The translations under genes and the position numbers were made by a program. Source: Bdellovibrio sp. (GTDB lineage: Bacteria; Bdellovibrionota; Bdellovibrionia; Bdellovibrionales; Bdellovibrionaceae). Taken from it: 64,000 nt of DNA. Below the pieces are notes generated by a model. It made no database searches. It was given only the letters and a program-made list of their open reading frames with translations, and had not been told where the DNA came from. The stretch lies in assembly GCA_046318155.1 (NCBI GenBank), contig JBKCUU010000047.1, forward strand, positions 10,433 to 74,432. The letters are read 5' to 3'. The first letter of the stretch is position 1. The number at the start of each line of letters is the position of its first letter. Positions 1 to 7,473 of the stretch are shown here, one piece after another.

Positions 1-1009
1 TCTTCAGAAAAACACACAACTCAGCATCGGGGCTTTCGACTCTGGGCTGATCCCCCAACTTCAACGGACTGATCACGCGACTTTCGCTGTCGAGGCGAAG
101 AAGCGCGAGAACTTCCTTTTCATTGACGGTCAGGTCATCCATACCCGCCGCTAAAGACTGCAAGAAAAGCGCGTCCATTCGGTAAGGGCCATTCGCCGCA
201 ACGTCGCAAGCAGGCATGCCTTCTAAATTGTGCCCAACGGGGCAAGCCGCGTGAGCAAACAGGGCCGTCTTACCATTGCCATCACTGTGACGTGATTCGT
301 GAAACAAAGTTCCCAATCGAAAAAAAGAGTACAAGCGTTCCGCCGCATTTGGAAAACCCAGCTGCTCGGCAATAGGAACAAAGAGTCCCGCGCCGATTTG
401 AAAGATCCCTGCGCGCGCTGACTTCACGGGCACAGTGCCGATGCCATCGACGTTAAGACCCATCAGCACGTTGTTCTGCTTGCCCAATAAATACAAAATT
501 CCACCAACGTTCGACATGATGATCATGGGTCCCGACGAGGTGGGCGCTTCTTGATCCAAAGCCGCATCAGTGAGGGGTCCGGTCGCAACTAAATTGGGCT
601 CAGTTCGGTTCATCCCGATCTGGGGCATGAGATCGGGATTGGGATACATCACGTTTGTGTCCAAAATCGCGATGGCTTTCTCATCAATCGTGAAATCTTC
701 GCCCAAAATGACCTGCGCCCGCTCCTGCAACCAAGGCTGCAAGTACTCGGGCGTCATTGCGGGAACTTTATAGATCCGAGCGGCTTCACCATCGACATCT
801 TTAAATTTGAGAGAATCGAGCAAAACAAGGTCGGCATTGAGGCGCTCGCTCTGAGAGGCGGGGACACCGCTGGCATACTGGAGAACGACCTTGGGGGCAG
901 CCCAGATCGGGGAGGCCGCGGCAAGAGTCACAGCCGTGACGACAAGCCGATAACGCAAGAACTGACACACGAAACGACTCACACGACCGCTGTTGATCCC
1001 ATAAACCAT
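1..1009 (-). CDS. secreted hypothetical protein with HExxH motif (possible zinc metallopeptidase); 3' end lies outside the window
   Basis: Absent from the ORF track because it has no stop inside the window. I translated the reverse strand from the ATG at 1009..1007 and it stays open to position 1. The N-terminus MVYGINSGRVSRFVCQFLRYRLVVTAVTLAAASPIWAAPK looks like a signal peptide. FHESRHSDGNG (HExxH) is encoded at complement 287..301. Confidence 0.6.
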   Translation of the reverse strand, partial: MVYGINSGRVSRFVCQFLRYRLVVTAVTLAAASPIWAAPKVVLQYASGVPASQSERLNADLVLLDSLKFKDVDGEAARIYKVPAMTPEYLQPWLQERAQVILGEDFTIDEKAIAILDTNVMYPNPDLMPQIGMNRTEPNLVATGPLTDAALDQEAPTSSGPMIIMSNVGGILYLLGKQNNVLMGLNVDGIGTVPVKSARAGIFQIGAGLFVPIAEQLGFPNAAERLYSFFRLGTLFHESRHSDGNGKTALFAHAACPVGHNLEGMPACDVAANGPYRMDALFLQSLAAGMDDLTVNEKEVLALLRLDSESRVISPLKLGDQPRVESPDAELCVFLK

Positions 1010-1128
1010 AGATCCCACCCCTCGATCACAGGGACCTAACATTTCGAGACGCGCTGCGCAAATGGCCTTGCCGGCACCCCTGTCCATTTGCAAAGATTTC
1101 CAAAACCCACCTGTGAAAACGAGGACCT

Positions 1129-1662
1129 ATGAACCGGCTCTTTTGGATCGACATGGAAATGACCGGACTAGACCTGAACAAAGAAGTCGTCATCGAGGTC
1201 GCGGCGATCATTACGGATTGGGACTTTCAGGTCGTCGACTCGTTTGAAACCGTGGTGAAGCAGCCCCAACACTATCTCGACAACATGGATGACTGGAACA
1301 CCGAGCACCATGGCGAGTCTGGACTCACGAAGAGAGTTCCGAAAGGAATGGACCCTACTCACGTGGAGGATCGGTTGGTTGAGATGATCTACAAAAACTA
1401 TGCGCGTGATGATGGACGCCCGGTCTTAGCTGGCAATTCAATCATGCAAGACCGGTTGTTTATTAATAAATACTTTCCTCGCTTTGCCAATCTTTTGCAT
1501 TACCGAATGTTGGATGTCACGGCATGGAAAATCGTCTGCCAAAACAAACTGGGCGTGCATTATGAAAAGCAAGGCGCGCACCGGGCCCTTGATGACATCC
1601 GCGAGAGCATTGATGAATTGAAGTATTATTTGTCCCACTTTCGCGGACCTCTCATAAAGTAG
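1129..1662 (+). CDS. orn: oligoribonuclease (DEDDh 3'-5' exoribonuclease)
   Basis: 177 aa. Exo motifs WIDMEMTGLD, GNSIMQDRLFI and HRALDDIRESIDELKYY. Size and motif order match Orn. Confidence 0.92.
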   Translation: MNRLFWIDMEMTGLDLNKEVVIEVAAIITDWDFQVVDSFETVVKQPQHYLDNMDDWNTEHHGESGLTKRVPKGMDPTHVEDRLVEMIYKNYARDDGRPVLAGNSIMQDRLFINKYFPRFANLLHYRMLDVTAWKIVCQNKLGVHYEKQGAHRALDDIRESIDELKYYLSHFRGPLIK

Positions 1663-1669
1663 AATGCTT

Positions 1670-1701
1670 GAAGCTGCAGCAACCCTTATTGCTGCAGCTT
1701 C
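1670..1701 (+). terminator. stem-loop after orn (possible intrinsic terminator)
   Basis: Perfect 13-bp inverted repeat GAAGCTGCAGCAA / TTGCTGCAGCTTC with a 6-nt loop, starting 8 nt after the orn stop. There is no clear T-tract, so confidence is moderate. Confidence 0.5.
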
Positions 1702-1919
1702 ACAGAATCTTAAGAAGAAAATTCAAATTTGTTTATAAAAGAAAACGATCGGATATTTGGTTCGTAATTTGGTCTTCAGTCGCGTGATTTTTTTGACGCC
1801 CACTCCGAATAGTGTCTTGCCTCGCTGCCCGGATGTCGCGAGGAACAAGAAGTCAATAAACGCCAAGGAGGAAGAAACATATGCTGAAACAACGCTAAGG
1901 TTGAAAAGGGGTCTATAAG

Positions 1920-2753
1920 ATGGGAATGCGCGTAACAACAAATCTCGCTGCTATTAATGCTCAGAGAAATTTAATTGGCAGCCAACGAGTCATGGGCAAA
2001 TCAATGGCTCAGTTGTCGAGTGGTAGCAGGATCAATATCGCTGCTGACGATGCCGCGGGGCTGGCGATTTCAGAGAGGCTCAAGAGCCAAATCCGGTCAG
2101 CTCGCCAGGCGAACCGAAATGCGAATGACGGGATCTCCATGGTTCAAACTGCTGAAGGCGGATTGAACGAAATCGGAAATATCGTGAGTCGCCTTCGCGA
2201 ACTTGGAATCCAATCAGCTTCCGACACGGTCGGATCAGTTGAGCGGGGCTTCATTGATAAAGAAGTTCAGCAAATGAAATCGGAAATTAACCGAATTGCG
2301 AAGAGTACGAAATGGGGAACAACGAATTTGCTTGACGGCTCGACGCCTGAGTTTGACTTCCAAATCGGTACTTTCAACAATGCGGAAGAAGATCGAATTA
2401 GTTTTACCTCGGCCGAGAACATCGCAACTTTAGATGCTTTGGGATTGAATGGTCTAGACTACACAACCAAAGAAGGTGCACAAGAAGCCTTGACGGCTCT
2501 GGACAGCTCTCAAAATTTGGTCAATGGTTATCGCGCAAACTTGGGCGCCTTGCAGAATCGCTTGACCGCGACGGTCGACAATTTGTCGGTCCAAGAAGAA
2601 AACATGAGTGCTGCCAACTCGCGTATTCGTGATACTGACGTTGCAATGGCTTCAAGCGAGATGGTTCGTAACAACATCCTCATGCAAGCAGGAACTTCAA
2701 CATTGACTCAGGCCAACTCGAACAATCAAGTTGCACTCAAATTGATCGGCTAA
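1920..2753 (+). CDS. fliC: flagellin
   Basis: 277 aa. N-terminal flagellin signature MRVTTNLAAINAQRNL...LSSGSRINIAADDAAGLAISERL. C-terminal LQNRLTATVDNLSVQEENMSAANSRIRDTDVAMASSEMVRNNILMQAGTSTLTQANS. AAGGGG RBS about 8 nt upstream. Confidence 0.95.
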   Translation: MGMRVTTNLAAINAQRNLIGSQRVMGKSMAQLSSGSRINIAADDAAGLAISERLKSQIRSARQANRNANDGISMVQTAEGGLNEIGNIVSRLRELGIQSASDTVGSVERGFIDKEVQQMKSEINRIAKSTKWGTTNLLDGSTPEFDFQIGTFNNAEEDRISFTSAENIATLDALGLNGLDYTTKEGAQEALTALDSSQNLVNGYRANLGALQNRLTATVDNLSVQEENMSAANSRIRDTDVAMASSEMVRNNILMQAGTSTLTQANSNNQVALKLIG

Positions 2754-2761
2754 TCGCTAAA

Positions 2762-2799
2762 TAGAACAGTCTCATTGATCTTACAATGAGACTGTTCTA
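2762..2799 (+). terminator. stem-loop after fliC
   Basis: 16-bp perfect inverted repeat TAGAACAGTCTCATTG / CAATGAGACTGTTCTA with a 6-nt loop, 9 nt after the fliC stop. It overlaps the ORF-track start (2786) of the next gene. Confidence 0.6.
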
Positions 2800-2803
2800 T
2801 GAA

Positions 2804-3481
2804 ATGGGCATGTCTAACCACATGCCCATTATCCTTTTGCTCTCGCCGCTCCCGCCCGAACTCAAAGTCGTGCTCAAGCGCCTCGAAGACAAAAATTTCA
2901 CTGTTCAAAAAATGGATGATGTTTACATCTGTCCCGAGTTGCGACTCATGCTGGCCGTTTCTGGTCACGGCAAAGTGCAAACTGCACTGAACACACAAAA
3001 AATTTTAATCGCACAGCCGCAAATCAAAACAGCCTTCTTGATGGGAGCCGCCGGCGCCCTCACAGAAGACGTCCGGCCTCGCGATGTGGTTGTGGCTTCA
3101 AAAAGTATCGAGCACGACTACCGTTTACTTTTTATTTCAAGACCTCTGCCCGAAATCTCGTGCCCGCATGACTACTCGGCTTCACTCACTCCGGTTGGTG
3201 AATTTGGTCTGCACGTGGGACCGATCGCCAGTGGTGACGAAGACATCATCAACACCGAGCGCGCCGCCGAATTGCAAAAAAAGACGCAAGCCTTGGCCGT
3301 CGCCTGGGAAGGCGCTGGTTTTGCCCGGGCTTGCCAATCTTGCAAAGTTTCATGGACGGAAATCCGCGCTGTCACCGACTCGGCTGATCACAAGGCCATT
3401 GATTCATTTAAGGCCAATCTTGAGCCCGCCATGAACAACGCCTTTGACGTGTTCTGGAAAATCCTCACCGTCGATCAGTAG
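2804..3481 (+). CDS. nucleoside phosphorylase family-1 protein (MTA/SAH nucleosidase-like or futalosine hydrolase-like)
   Basis: Motifs GHGKVQTAL, LMGAAGAL, SIEHDY, GPIASGDEDI, AVAWEGAGFA and IRAVTDSAD fit the PNP/UDP-1 fold of MtnN-type nucleosidases. The start is ambiguous: 2786 lies inside the fliC hairpin, and in-frame ATGs occur at 2804, 2810 and 2822. Confidence 0.75.
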   Translation: MGMSNHMPIILLLSPLPPELKVVLKRLEDKNFTVQKMDDVYICPELRLMLAVSGHGKVQTALNTQKILIAQPQIKTAFLMGAAGALTEDVRPRDVVVASKSIEHDYRLLFISRPLPEISCPHDYSASLTPVGEFGLHVGPIASGDEDIINTERAAELQKKTQALAVAWEGAGFARACQSCKVSWTEIRAVTDSADHKAIDSFKANLEPAMNNAFDVFWKILTVDQ

Positions 3482-3559
3482 CCTGAAATTTCATTTCATG
3501 TCATTTCACCCGCGACGTTCATAAAACGCTGCGTTGAGGATAACAAAAGACATATCTGC

Positions 3560-3811
3560 TTAAGATCGCGTGACAAGCCGATTGAGGATGAGCAACAGAA
3601 TCGCGCCGAAAACTGCGGTTACAAAGCCGGGCCAGGACCACTCCCCCGCTGTTCCGACTCCAAAGAACGAGCCGACAAAACCGCCGACGAAGGATCCGAA
3701 AATTCCCACCAAGGTGGTGCGAATCCAGCCCATGCCTTCACTGCCTGGTAAAATAATTTTGGCGACAATCCCCGCAAGCAAACCAAAAAAAATCCAACCG
3801 AGTATTCCCAT
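3560..3811 (-). CDS. GlsB/YeaQ/YmgE family small membrane protein
   Basis: 83 aa with glycine-rich TM segments GWIFFGLLAGIVAKIILPG and LVGIFGSFVGGFVGSFFG, typical of the transglycosylase-associated (GlsB/YeaQ/YmgE) family. Confidence 0.85.
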   Translation of the reverse strand: MGILGWIFFGLLAGIVAKIILPGSEGMGWIRTTLVGIFGSFVGGFVGSFFGVGTAGEWSWPGFVTAVFGAILLLILNRLVTRS

Positions 3812-3910
3812 AGAATGAACTGCTCCTTAGTCCCTCAAAGCGTTCCATCGATCAGCTCGAATTTCAAGCAAGTGGGCAAAGCGACGGCTGGTTCAAGATT
3901 TCGCAAACCT

Positions 3911-3960
3911 TGGCCAACAAAAAAGCCTTCCGTTTTGCGGAAGGCTTTTTTGTTGGCCAA
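3911..3960. terminator. bidirectional intrinsic terminator between ahcY and the GlsB-like gene
   Basis: Palindrome TTGGCCAACAAAAAAGCCTTCCG-TTT-TGCGGAAGGCTTTTTTGTTGGCCAA. A GC-rich core stem is flanked by A/T runs on both strands, 15 nt below the ahcY stop. Confidence 0.8.
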
Positions 3961-3974
3961 GGTTTAACCGAAGC

Positions 3975-5432
3975 CTAGTAGCGGTAGTGATCGGGTTTGA
4001 AAGGCCCTTCAACTGGCATCTCTAGATACTTGGACTGCTTGTTTGAAAGTTTGGTCAATTTCGCCCCGACGTGCTCCAAGTGAAGCGCGGCGACCTTCTC
4101 GTCCAAATGCTTCGGCAAACGGTAAACTTCGATCTCTTGGTACTTGTCACGGTTTGTAAACAACTCCATTTGAGCGATGACTTGGTTGCAAAAAGAATTC
4201 GACATCACAAAGCTGGGGTGCCCAGTCGCGCAGCCCAAGTTCACCAGTCGGCCTTTTGCCAAAACGATGATCTGTTTTCCAGATTTCATCGTGTGAATAT
4301 CCACCTGAGGCTTCACTTCGCGGATCTTCGAATTTTTGTTGAGCCAAGCCATGTCGATTTCGATATCGAAGTGCCCGATGTTGCAGACGATGGCGTTGTC
4401 TTTCATTTTTGTGAAGTGCTTGTCTGTGATGATGTCGCAGCAGCCTGTCGCCGTGACAAAGATATCAGCTTGTTCTGCCGCGTCCTCCATTGTGACAACT
4501 TCAAAACCTTCCATTGCAGCTTGAAGTGCACAGATGGGATCAATTTCGGTCACCAAAACGCGGGCGCCGTAAGCCTTCATCGAGAACGCCGATCCCTTAC
4601 CGACATCGCCGTAACCGGCAACCACAACGACTTTACCCGCAAGCATCACGTCGGTTGCGCGCTTGATTCCGTCAGCCAAAGACTCGCGGCAACCGTAGAG
4701 GTTGTCGAATTTTGACTTTGTCACTGAATCGTTGATGTTGATCGCAGGAACTTTGAGCCTGTTGTTCTCATGCATTTTGACTAAGTTGTGAACACCCGTC
4801 GTTGTCTCTTCAGACAAGCCAATGATTTTTTTGAGCTCATTCACAAAACGAGGTTCGTGCATCATGTTGGTCAAGTCACCACCATCATCCAAGATGAGGT
4901 TGTAGCCATCTTTACCCCAACCCGTAATCGTTTGCTCGATGCACCAGTTGAACTCTTCTTCGGTCTCGCCTTTCCAAGCAAAAACAGGAATGCCGGCAGC
5001 GGCAATCGCCACAGCTGCATGATCCTGCGTCGAAAAGATATTGCAAGAAGACCAACGAATTTTTGCACCTAAGTGCGTGAGAGTCTCAATCAAAACTGCT
5101 GTTTGAATTGTCATGTGCAGGCAACCCGAAATGCGGGCGCCTTTCAAAGGCTGTTGTTTGCCGTATTCTTTTCGCAAGCTCATCAAGCCAGGCATTTCTT
5201 TTTCGGCGATTTTGATTTCTTCGCGGCCCCAGCGAGCGAGCTCTTGAAATTTCTTGGGATCTTTCATGGCCTCTTCACAAACACGGTAATCAGTTCCCCA
5301 AGGATTGATTTTATCCGCGGGGTTTGTCGCCGCACGTGCAGATTTAGGTGAAGCTTTCGCCGCTTTGGGTGCCAGGTTTGCTTTTGCTTTCGCCATTTTT
5401 GCCTTCCCGTTGTTCGTTTGCAGGTTCGCCAT
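3975..5432 (-). CDS. ahcY: adenosylhomocysteinase with a Lys/Ala-rich N-terminal extension
   Basis: Strong AhcY similarity: [58 protein letters not shown]. The ORF-track start at 5438 is TTG. AAGGAG sits 9 nt upstream of the ATG at 5432, which I take as the start. Confidence 0.95.
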   Translation of the reverse strand: MANLQTNNGKAKMAKAKANLAPKAAKASPKSARAATNPADKINPWGTDYRVCEEAMKDPKKFQELARWGREEIKIAEKEMPGLMSLRKEYGKQQPLKGARISGCLHMTIQTAVLIETLTHLGAKIRWSSCNIFSTQDHAAVAIAAAGIPVFAWKGETEEEFNWCIEQTITGWGKDGYNLILDDGGDLTNMMHEPRFVNELKKIIGLSEETTTGVHNLVKMHENNRLKVPAININDSVTKSKFDNLYGCRESLADGIKRATDVMLAGKVVVVAGYGDVGKGSAFSMKAYGARVLVTEIDPICALQAAMEGFEVVTMEDAAEQADIFVTATGCCDIITDKHFTKMKDNAIVCNIGHFDIEIDMAWLNKNSKIREVKPQVDIHTMKSGKQIIVLAKGRLVNLGCATGHPSFVMSNSFCNQVIAQMELFTNRDKYQEIEVYRLPKHLDEKVAALHLEHVGAKLTKLSNKQSKYLEMPVEGPFKPDHYRY

Positions 5433-5460
5433 GTACAATCACTCCTTGGTTTTGCGTGCG

Positions 5461-6231
5461 CTAAGGGAGCGTCAAGATCTCGTGACCCGTATCGGTGATC
5501 AAGACCGTGTGCTCGAACTGCGCTGAAAGTTTTCCGTCTGATGTTTTATAATACTTGATGCTTGAATTGGGTATCTCAAATTCAAAAAAGGCCGCAACAC
5601 CTTGATTCACCATCGGCTCGACCGTAATACAATGCCAAGGCACAAGGATCTCCCCACGGCCCCTTTTACCGAACGAAGGGACGTAAGGGTCCTCGTGAAA
5701 GGCCCGGCCGATTCCGTGCCCGCCAATCTCCTTGACGGTCGTATAACCGCGCCTGGAGACAAGTTTGTCGGTCACAAAGCCAATATCGCCGGTGGAGGCC
5801 CCCGGTTTGATCTCTTCGATCCCTTTGTCGCGGGCCAGGCGGGCCACTTCGACCAAATCCCTGGCGTCAGGACTCACATTTCCCACAAAAAAGGTCGCTG
5901 AGCAGTCACCAAAGAATCCATCCAACAAGCTCGTCACATCGACATTGATAATGTCCCCCTCTTTGAGAACGGTCTGATCAGGCAGGCCATGGCAGACAAT
6001 TTCGTTGATCGAAGTGCAGCAGGACTTAGGATAGCCGTGGTACCCGAGAGTCGCGGGCGTTGCCCCATGCGTAAGATTGTAATCATAGACAATTTTGTCG
6101 AGCTCATCGGTCGTGATTCCGGCCCGAACAAAACGACCCACGTGCTCAAGACTTCGCGCCGCCAATCGGCAGACCGCTTTCATCTTTTTAATCTCTTCAG
6201 GTGAAAGGGGGACGATTTTTTTTTGAGCCAT
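5461..6231 (-). CDS. map: type I methionine aminopeptidase
   Basis: 256 aa with motifs CHGLPD, GDIINVDVT, GHGIGRAFHE and EPMVN..., EHTVLIT typical of MetAP type I. Confidence 0.95.
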   Translation of the reverse strand: MAQKKIVPLSPEEIKKMKAVCRLAARSLEHVGRFVRAGITTDELDKIVYDYNLTHGATPATLGYHGYPKSCCTSINEIVCHGLPDQTVLKEGDIINVDVTSLLDGFFGDCSATFFVGNVSPDARDLVEVARLARDKGIEEIKPGASTGDIGFVTDKLVSRRGYTTVKEIGGHGIGRAFHEDPYVPSFGKRGRGEILVPWHCITVEPMVNQGVAAFFEFEIPNSSIKYYKTSDGKLSAQFEHTVLITDTGHEILTLP

Positions 6232-6255
6232 CTCGACTTGTCCTTCTGGGTCTTA

Positions 6256-6290
6256 GAAAAGAAAAAACCCACTCGGTTTACGAGTGGGTT
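6256..6290 (-). terminator. intrinsic terminator of the SWIB gene
   Basis: On the minus strand: AACCCACTCG-TAAAC-CGAGTGGGTT followed by TTTTTTCTTTTC, about 29 nt after the stop at 6319. Confidence 0.8.
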
Positions 6291-6318
6291 CTCTCGAAGT
6301 TTTATCTTAAAATCAAGA

Positions 6319-6672
6319 TTACTTCAGGTGCTTGCTAACAAGTTTTGTCATTTCGAACATCGAAACTTGTGCTTTTCCGAAGATAGGCTTCAATTTGTCA
6401 TCAGCATTGATGTTGCGACGATTTTTTGTATCTTGAAGATTGTGTTTTTTGATGTAGTTCCACAATTTTTTAACAACTTCAGTGCGGGGAACGGGTGTTG
6501 CACCGATCACTGCTGCCAACGCTGTCGAAGGAGTCAAGGCCTTCATAAACGCTGCATTTGGCTTGCGCTTAGTCGCGGCTTTTTTAGAAGCAGCTTTCTT
6601 AGGAGCCGCTTTTTTTGTAGCTGCTTTTTTGGAAGCCGCTTTCTTCGTCGCTTTTTTTGCTTTTTTCGCCAT
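6319..6672 (-). CDS. SWIB/MDM2-domain protein with histone-H1-like Lys/Ala-rich N-terminal tail
   Basis: 117 aa. The N-terminus is MAKKAKKATKKAASKKAATKKAAPKKAASKKAATKRK. It is followed by a SWIB-like core: FMKALTPSTALAAVIGATPVPRTEVVKKLWNYIKKHNLQD...INADDKLKPIFG...VSMFEMTKLVSKHL. Confidence 0.85.
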   Translation of the reverse strand: MAKKAKKATKKAASKKAATKKAAPKKAASKKAATKRKPNAAFMKALTPSTALAAVIGATPVPRTEVVKKLWNYIKKHNLQDTKNRRNINADDKLKPIFGKAQVSMFEMTKLVSKHLK

Positions 6673-6790
6673 GTTTCCTCCAGTGCGAATTAGGGGGCCT
6701 TAAGGCCTGTTTTATTTGTTCGAATGGATCAAGTGTAACGACTTCTCGCCCTTTGTCCAAAAAAAAATGCAGGCCCTTCCACTTTTTTAT

Positions 6791-7057
6791 CGAGGGAAAA
6801 CCGGCTTTTTTCTGCATTTTTGCCTCGGAAACTGGTCTCTTGCCGAGGGAAAACTCAAGAAAACGCATCAAATTAGGACTCTTTTACGAGGGAAATCAGC
6901 CGATCCACAGAGCATGGGAAGCTTCGTTGAGTTCGCCGATATCCTCGAAAAAAAGATCCGCCGCGAGGTCGAGCGCGAGCTAAGAACTGAGCCTTTCTCG
7001 AGGGAAAAGAGCCCATTCTCCTCTGAAAAAGTCTCTTTAAGCTCTGAATTTCCCTCG
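6791..7057. repeat. cluster of CGAGGGAAA(A) motifs
   Basis: Direct copies at 6791-6800, 6844-6853, 6887-6896 (CGAGGGAAAT) and 6999-7008. An inverted copy lies at 7049-7057 and an inverted near-copy (CGAGGCAAAA) at 6818-6827. The first three direct copies and the near-copy lie in the SWIB / J-domain divergent intergenic region. Confidence 0.6.
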
Positions 7058-7402
7058 GAATTTGACGAATTGCCTCTGGGCTTTGCTTGGATCTTGGGTC
7101 AAGGACCTTCGTTAAAAGTTCAGCCTCAACAAGAACGCACCGGACACAAGGCCTATGGGGTAAAAGTCCGTCCTCCCACGCCTCACTGTCTGAACCCGGA
7201 GCAAAAGCGCGCCTTCGATTTGTTTTCACAATTGGGAACAAAACTCTGCCCCGCTTTTCGCGCTGGAGATTTACGCCGCGCATGGAGAAAAGCGGCGCTT
7301 GCGACCCACCCCGATCATGGCGGCACTGCCGAGGCGTTTCGACAAGCTCAAGCTGCCAACCAAGTTTTACAATCCGTTCTGCTTGCCAAGGTCACCGGAT
7401 GA
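6914..7402 (+). CDS. J-domain (DnaJ-like) protein, J domain at the C-terminus
   Basis: The C-terminal LRRAWRKAALATHPDHGGTAEAFRQAQAANQVL carries the HPD tripeptide in J-domain helix II/III context. The ORF-track start at 6716 gives an implausible N-terminus, so I use the ATG at 6914. The start remains uncertain. Confidence 0.6.
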   Translation: MGSFVEFADILEKKIRREVERELRTEPFSREKSPFSSEKVSLSSEFPSEFDELPLGFAWILGQGPSLKVQPQQERTGHKAYGVKVRPPTPHCLNPEQKRAFDLFSQLGTKLCPAFRAGDLRRAWRKAALATHPDHGGTAEAFRQAQAANQVLQSVLLAKVTG

Positions 7403-7473
7403 TCAAGCGTTTGTTGATGGCAGGGCGCATGCCGATCCAAGACCGGCTCAAAAAATAAATTTGCAGATCTCTG

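Noticed and set aside
1702-1919. Looked for a sigma-28 (FliA) promoter TAAA-N15-GCCGATAA upstream of fliC. The closest element is TCGGATAT at about 1749-1756.
   Set aside because: No TAAA-type -35 lies at the right spacing (11 or 15 nt), and the -10 match is imperfect. I cannot support a promoter call from the sequence.
6716-6913. ORF-track N-terminal part of the J-domain ORF.
   Set aside because: The translation (MFEWIKCNDFSPFVQKK...) is not protein-like. The segment is better explained as an intergenic region carrying the CGAGGGAAA repeats.
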